DNA of 64,000 nucleotides, taken from assembly GCA_019057795.1 (NCBI GenBank), contig JAHLWS010000026.1, positions 32,001 through 96,000 of the forward strand. Direction: 5' to 3'. The notes beneath the pieces are model-generated. The model had not been told where the DNA came from, searched no databases, and worked only from the letters and a program-made list of their open reading frames with translations. Source of the stretch: Promethearchaeota archaeon (GTDB lineage Archaea > Asgardarchaeota > Lokiarchaeia > Sigyniarchaeales > SOKP01). Positions 61,397 through 64,000 of the stretch are shown piece after piece (within the stretch, counting starts at the first letter, position 1; each line of letters opens with the position of its first letter). Both the position numbers and the translations under genes were made by a program.

Positions 61397-62521
61397 ATGA
61401 AGAAAAAGATTTTAATAATAATACCCTCTTTGGAAATTGGTGGGGGTGCCGAGAGAGCTGCATCAATTTTATCAAAAAAATTATCAGAAACCTATCATAT
61501 TTCCATATTGACTTTTTATGACTATAAAAAAAGCTATTCCTATGAAGGCGAATTCTATTCGCTCAAATTAGATTCAAAATTTTGGAAAAAGTGTTTTATA
61601 ATTTTTTATATTTATAAAAAAATAAAATTGATCTCCCCTGATCTAATCATATCCTTCATCGATCATACTAATTTGTTGCTAATTGTTACTAAAATGTTAT
61701 TCTCATTAAAGATACCATTGATAATTTCCGTCCGTACTAATGTGAAAGAAAGATACAAGAAACAAAACAAAATTCAGAACTTCCTAATTAAACTATTATA
61801 TAAATTGAGAGCTGTAAATAAAATAGTAACAATCTCTAATGGTGTTAAAGATATATTAATTAAAAACTATTATATCAACAAAAAAAAAATAATTACGATA
61901 TATAATGGAATAAATAGTAAAGAAGTTCAGAGTAAAATTAAGGAGGAATTAAATTTAGGTATCATAGAAATTTTCCAAAATCCTAAGATTATAAAAATTA
62001 TAACTATGGGACGGTTAATTGAATTAAAAGGGCATAAATCTCTTATAACTGCTTTCTCAAAAGTAAGAAGAATAATAAAAAATTCTAAACTTTTTATCAT
62101 AGGAGATGGTCCTTTAAAAGAAGAATATCAAGCGTTAATAAATGATCTTAATTTAAAAGATCATATAATCTTATTAGGGTTAGTAAAAAATCCATATAAA
62201 TACATGGCAAAATCAGATATCTTTGTATTCTCTTCTAAATTTGAAGGTTTTCCAAATGTGCTACTAGAGGCATTGGCATGTGGGTTACCAATTATCTCAA
62301 CAGATTGCGAATGGGGACCTAAAGAAATTTTAAATAATGGTGAATACGGAATGTTAGTTAGAGTTGGTGATTCAGATGATTTAGCTGAAAAAATGATAAC
62401 TTTAGCGAAGAATGAAGAATTACTTTCATATTATAATAAAAAGTCATCAGAAAGAATTAGTCAATTTGATATAAATAGGATTATCAAAAAATGGATTTAT
62501 TTAATTGATTCTTTTTTATAA
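61397..62521 (+). CDS. Glycosyltransferase family 4
   Basis: GGGAER, MGRL...KG, EGFPNVLLEA. Confidence 0.9.
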   Translation: MKKKILIIIPSLEIGGGAERAASILSKKLSETYHISILTFYDYKKSYSYEGEFYSLKLDSKFWKKCFIIFYIYKKIKLISPDLIISFIDHTNLLLIVTKMLFSLKIPLIISVRTNVKERYKKQNKIQNFLIKLLYKLRAVNKIVTISNGVKDILIKNYYINKKKIITIYNGINSKEVQSKIKEELNLGIIEIFQNPKIIKIITMGRLIELKGHKSLITAFSKVRRIIKNSKLFIIGDGPLKEEYQALINDLNLKDHIILLGLVKNPYKYMAKSDIFVFSSKFEGFPNVLLEALACGLPIISTDCEWGPKEILNNGEYGMLVRVGDSDDLAEKMITLAKNEELLSYYNKKSSERISQFDINRIIKKWIYLIDSFL

Positions 62522-62664
62522 AAGAAATTATTACTTTAATAAGATTGATTAAATGAAAAACTTTCCTCCTCAAGTAGTTCTCAAAAATTTTAATAGTTAT
62601 AAGATTTTAAACAAATATATTAGCATTCAAATTAATTTCTTTAAGCAAAAGAGCTTTACTTAGG

Positions 62665-63543
62665 ATGAATAAAAATTTAAATTTTAATAATTCAACTGAA
62701 TTATTTAAAATAGTCTCTAAGTATTTTGATTATACTCAAGAAGAAGTAAGAGACAGCAAAAAATTATATGGAGTAACAAATTCAGGACAACTAAAACAGT
62801 ATTATTTCAACCTATTAAAGAAACGTGCTTATGCTAATTATATCAAATATCTTTATATCGATAGGGTAATTCCTTTAGTAAAAAATATACGAAAAGATAT
62901 AAAAATATTAGATGCAGGCTGTGGTTTAGGCACAGAATCGCTATTATGTGGTGTTTTAGGGGCAAATGTAACAGGAATTGATATTTCAAAAGAAAGATTA
63001 AATGTCGCTAAAAATCGGATAAAGTTCTATGAAAATAAGTTTCAAACTAAAATAAATGTACAATTTCATTATGAAAACATATTAAGCCATGCTAATAAGT
63101 ATGATATTATTTGGGTAAATGAGGCAATATCTCACATAAATCCAATTAATCAATTTTTAAAGAATTGTTATTATAATCTAAATGATGGAGGAAAATTGAT
63201 TATATCTGATGCTAATAAATTAAATCCTCATGTCTATTTTCAATCTAAAAAAGATCAAATTAGAAGTGGAGGAATTTATCAAAATGTTATTCAACAAGAT
63301 CTTCCTAAAGGGAAAGAAATCTCATATGCTGTCGAGAGAATATTTACAATTCCCGCAATAAAATCTCTATTATCTCAATTTTTTAAAGTCAAAGAAGTTG
63401 TATCTATCAGATTCCTCCCATATCCTGTATATAAATTTAATTCTAACATATTTCTTATGATTGAAAGGAATGTGTTAAGAAAAATCCCAATTTTAAATCT
63501 ATTTTCTACAACTTACGTAATAATTTCAATTAAAAAGAGTTAA
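62665..63543 (+). CDS. Class I SAM-dependent methyltransferase
   Basis: ILDAGCGLG, GIDIS, YDII, L.DGG. Confidence 0.88.
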   Translation: MNKNLNFNNSTELFKIVSKYFDYTQEEVRDSKKLYGVTNSGQLKQYYFNLLKKRAYANYIKYLYIDRVIPLVKNIRKDIKILDAGCGLGTESLLCGVLGANVTGIDISKERLNVAKNRIKFYENKFQTKINVQFHYENILSHANKYDIIWVNEAISHINPINQFLKNCYYNLNDGGKLIISDANKLNPHVYFQSKKDQIRSGGIYQNVIQQDLPKGKEISYAVERIFTIPAIKSLLSQFFKVKEVVSIRFLPYPVYKFNSNIFLMIERNVLRKIPILNLFSTTYVIISIKKS

Positions 63544-63561
63544 TAAATAGAGGCTAAATCA

Positions 63562-64000
63562 GTGTATAAATCAAGCGATTTTAAACCATTCAAAAATTAT
63601 GAAATAGTCTTTAAAGATTTTAAAGTGGAAAATAAAATTTCTGAATTTGAAAGGTTTATGAATTATATTAATAGAATCAAAAAAATAGAAAGAGATACTA
63701 AACTGTTCGAGGTTGGTACAGGAAATGGATGGTTTCAAATTTTATGTCATTTGAATGGAATAAATTCAACTGGATTGGACATTCTCCCTCATAATATAGA
63801 ATTTGCAAAAAAATTAGCTAAAGAAAATGGTTATGATATTAATATTCTTTTAGGCAGTATTGAAACCACTGATATTGGAACTTCTAAATATGATATTATT
63901 ATAGCACTTTCTGTGTTTGAACATGTTAAATATTGGCAAACTGGTTTGTTGAATGTTTATAATGCTTTAAAACCTGGAGGTGTGCTTTTATTCATTTCAA
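63562..64000 (+). CDS. Class I SAM-dependent methyltransferase, truncated by the window end
   Basis: GTG after GAGG; LFEVGTGNG, GLDI, YDII...VFEHV, LKPGG. Confidence 0.8.
   Translation, partial: MYKSSDFKPFKNYEIVFKDFKVENKISEFERFMNYINRIKKIERDTKLFEVGTGNGWFQILCHLNGINSTGLDILPHNIEFAKKLAKENGYDINILLGSIETTDIGTSKYDIIIALSVFEHVKYWQTGLLNVYNALKPGGVLLFIS

Noticed and set aside
1-64000. CRISPR array, rRNA, transposase or integrase
   Set aside because: No spaced direct repeats, no long GC-rich RNA-like stretch and no mobile-element motifs were seen, including next to the tRNA.

Overview
AT-rich archaeal chromosome segment that looks like an Asgard archaeon of the Lokiarchaeia type (inferred from gene content): Rab/Arf-like GTPases with longin and roadblock partners, ubiquitin E1 and E2 homologues, an IFT52/GldG-like protein, a PDCD5-like protein, a GPN-loop GTPase and an intron-containing archaeal tRNA-Tyr. 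Around these are sugar catabolism genes (GH78, rhamnulokinase, xylulokinase), amino-acid biosynthesis genes, corrinoid and Fe-S enzymes, and a glycosylation cluster at the right end. The top finding is missing from the ORF track: a 65-codon membrane ORF at 21929-22126 with an in-frame UGA in a GGG-U-L-C context, followed 3 nt after its TAA by a eukaryote-type SECIS-like hairpin (AUGA...AAAA...GA). It is a candidate new small membrane selenoprotein whose architecture recalls SelK/SelS. Other notable items are a two-intron tRNA-Tyr, a cluster of in-frame stops in the first 11.3 kb, two genes that need non-canonical (ATT/ATC) starts, a Ubc7/Cdc34-type loop in the E2, a 14-unit MIT-like repeat giant protein, a putative structured RNA and several operator-like repeats. 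All protein calls come from reading motifs by eye; no database searches were run.
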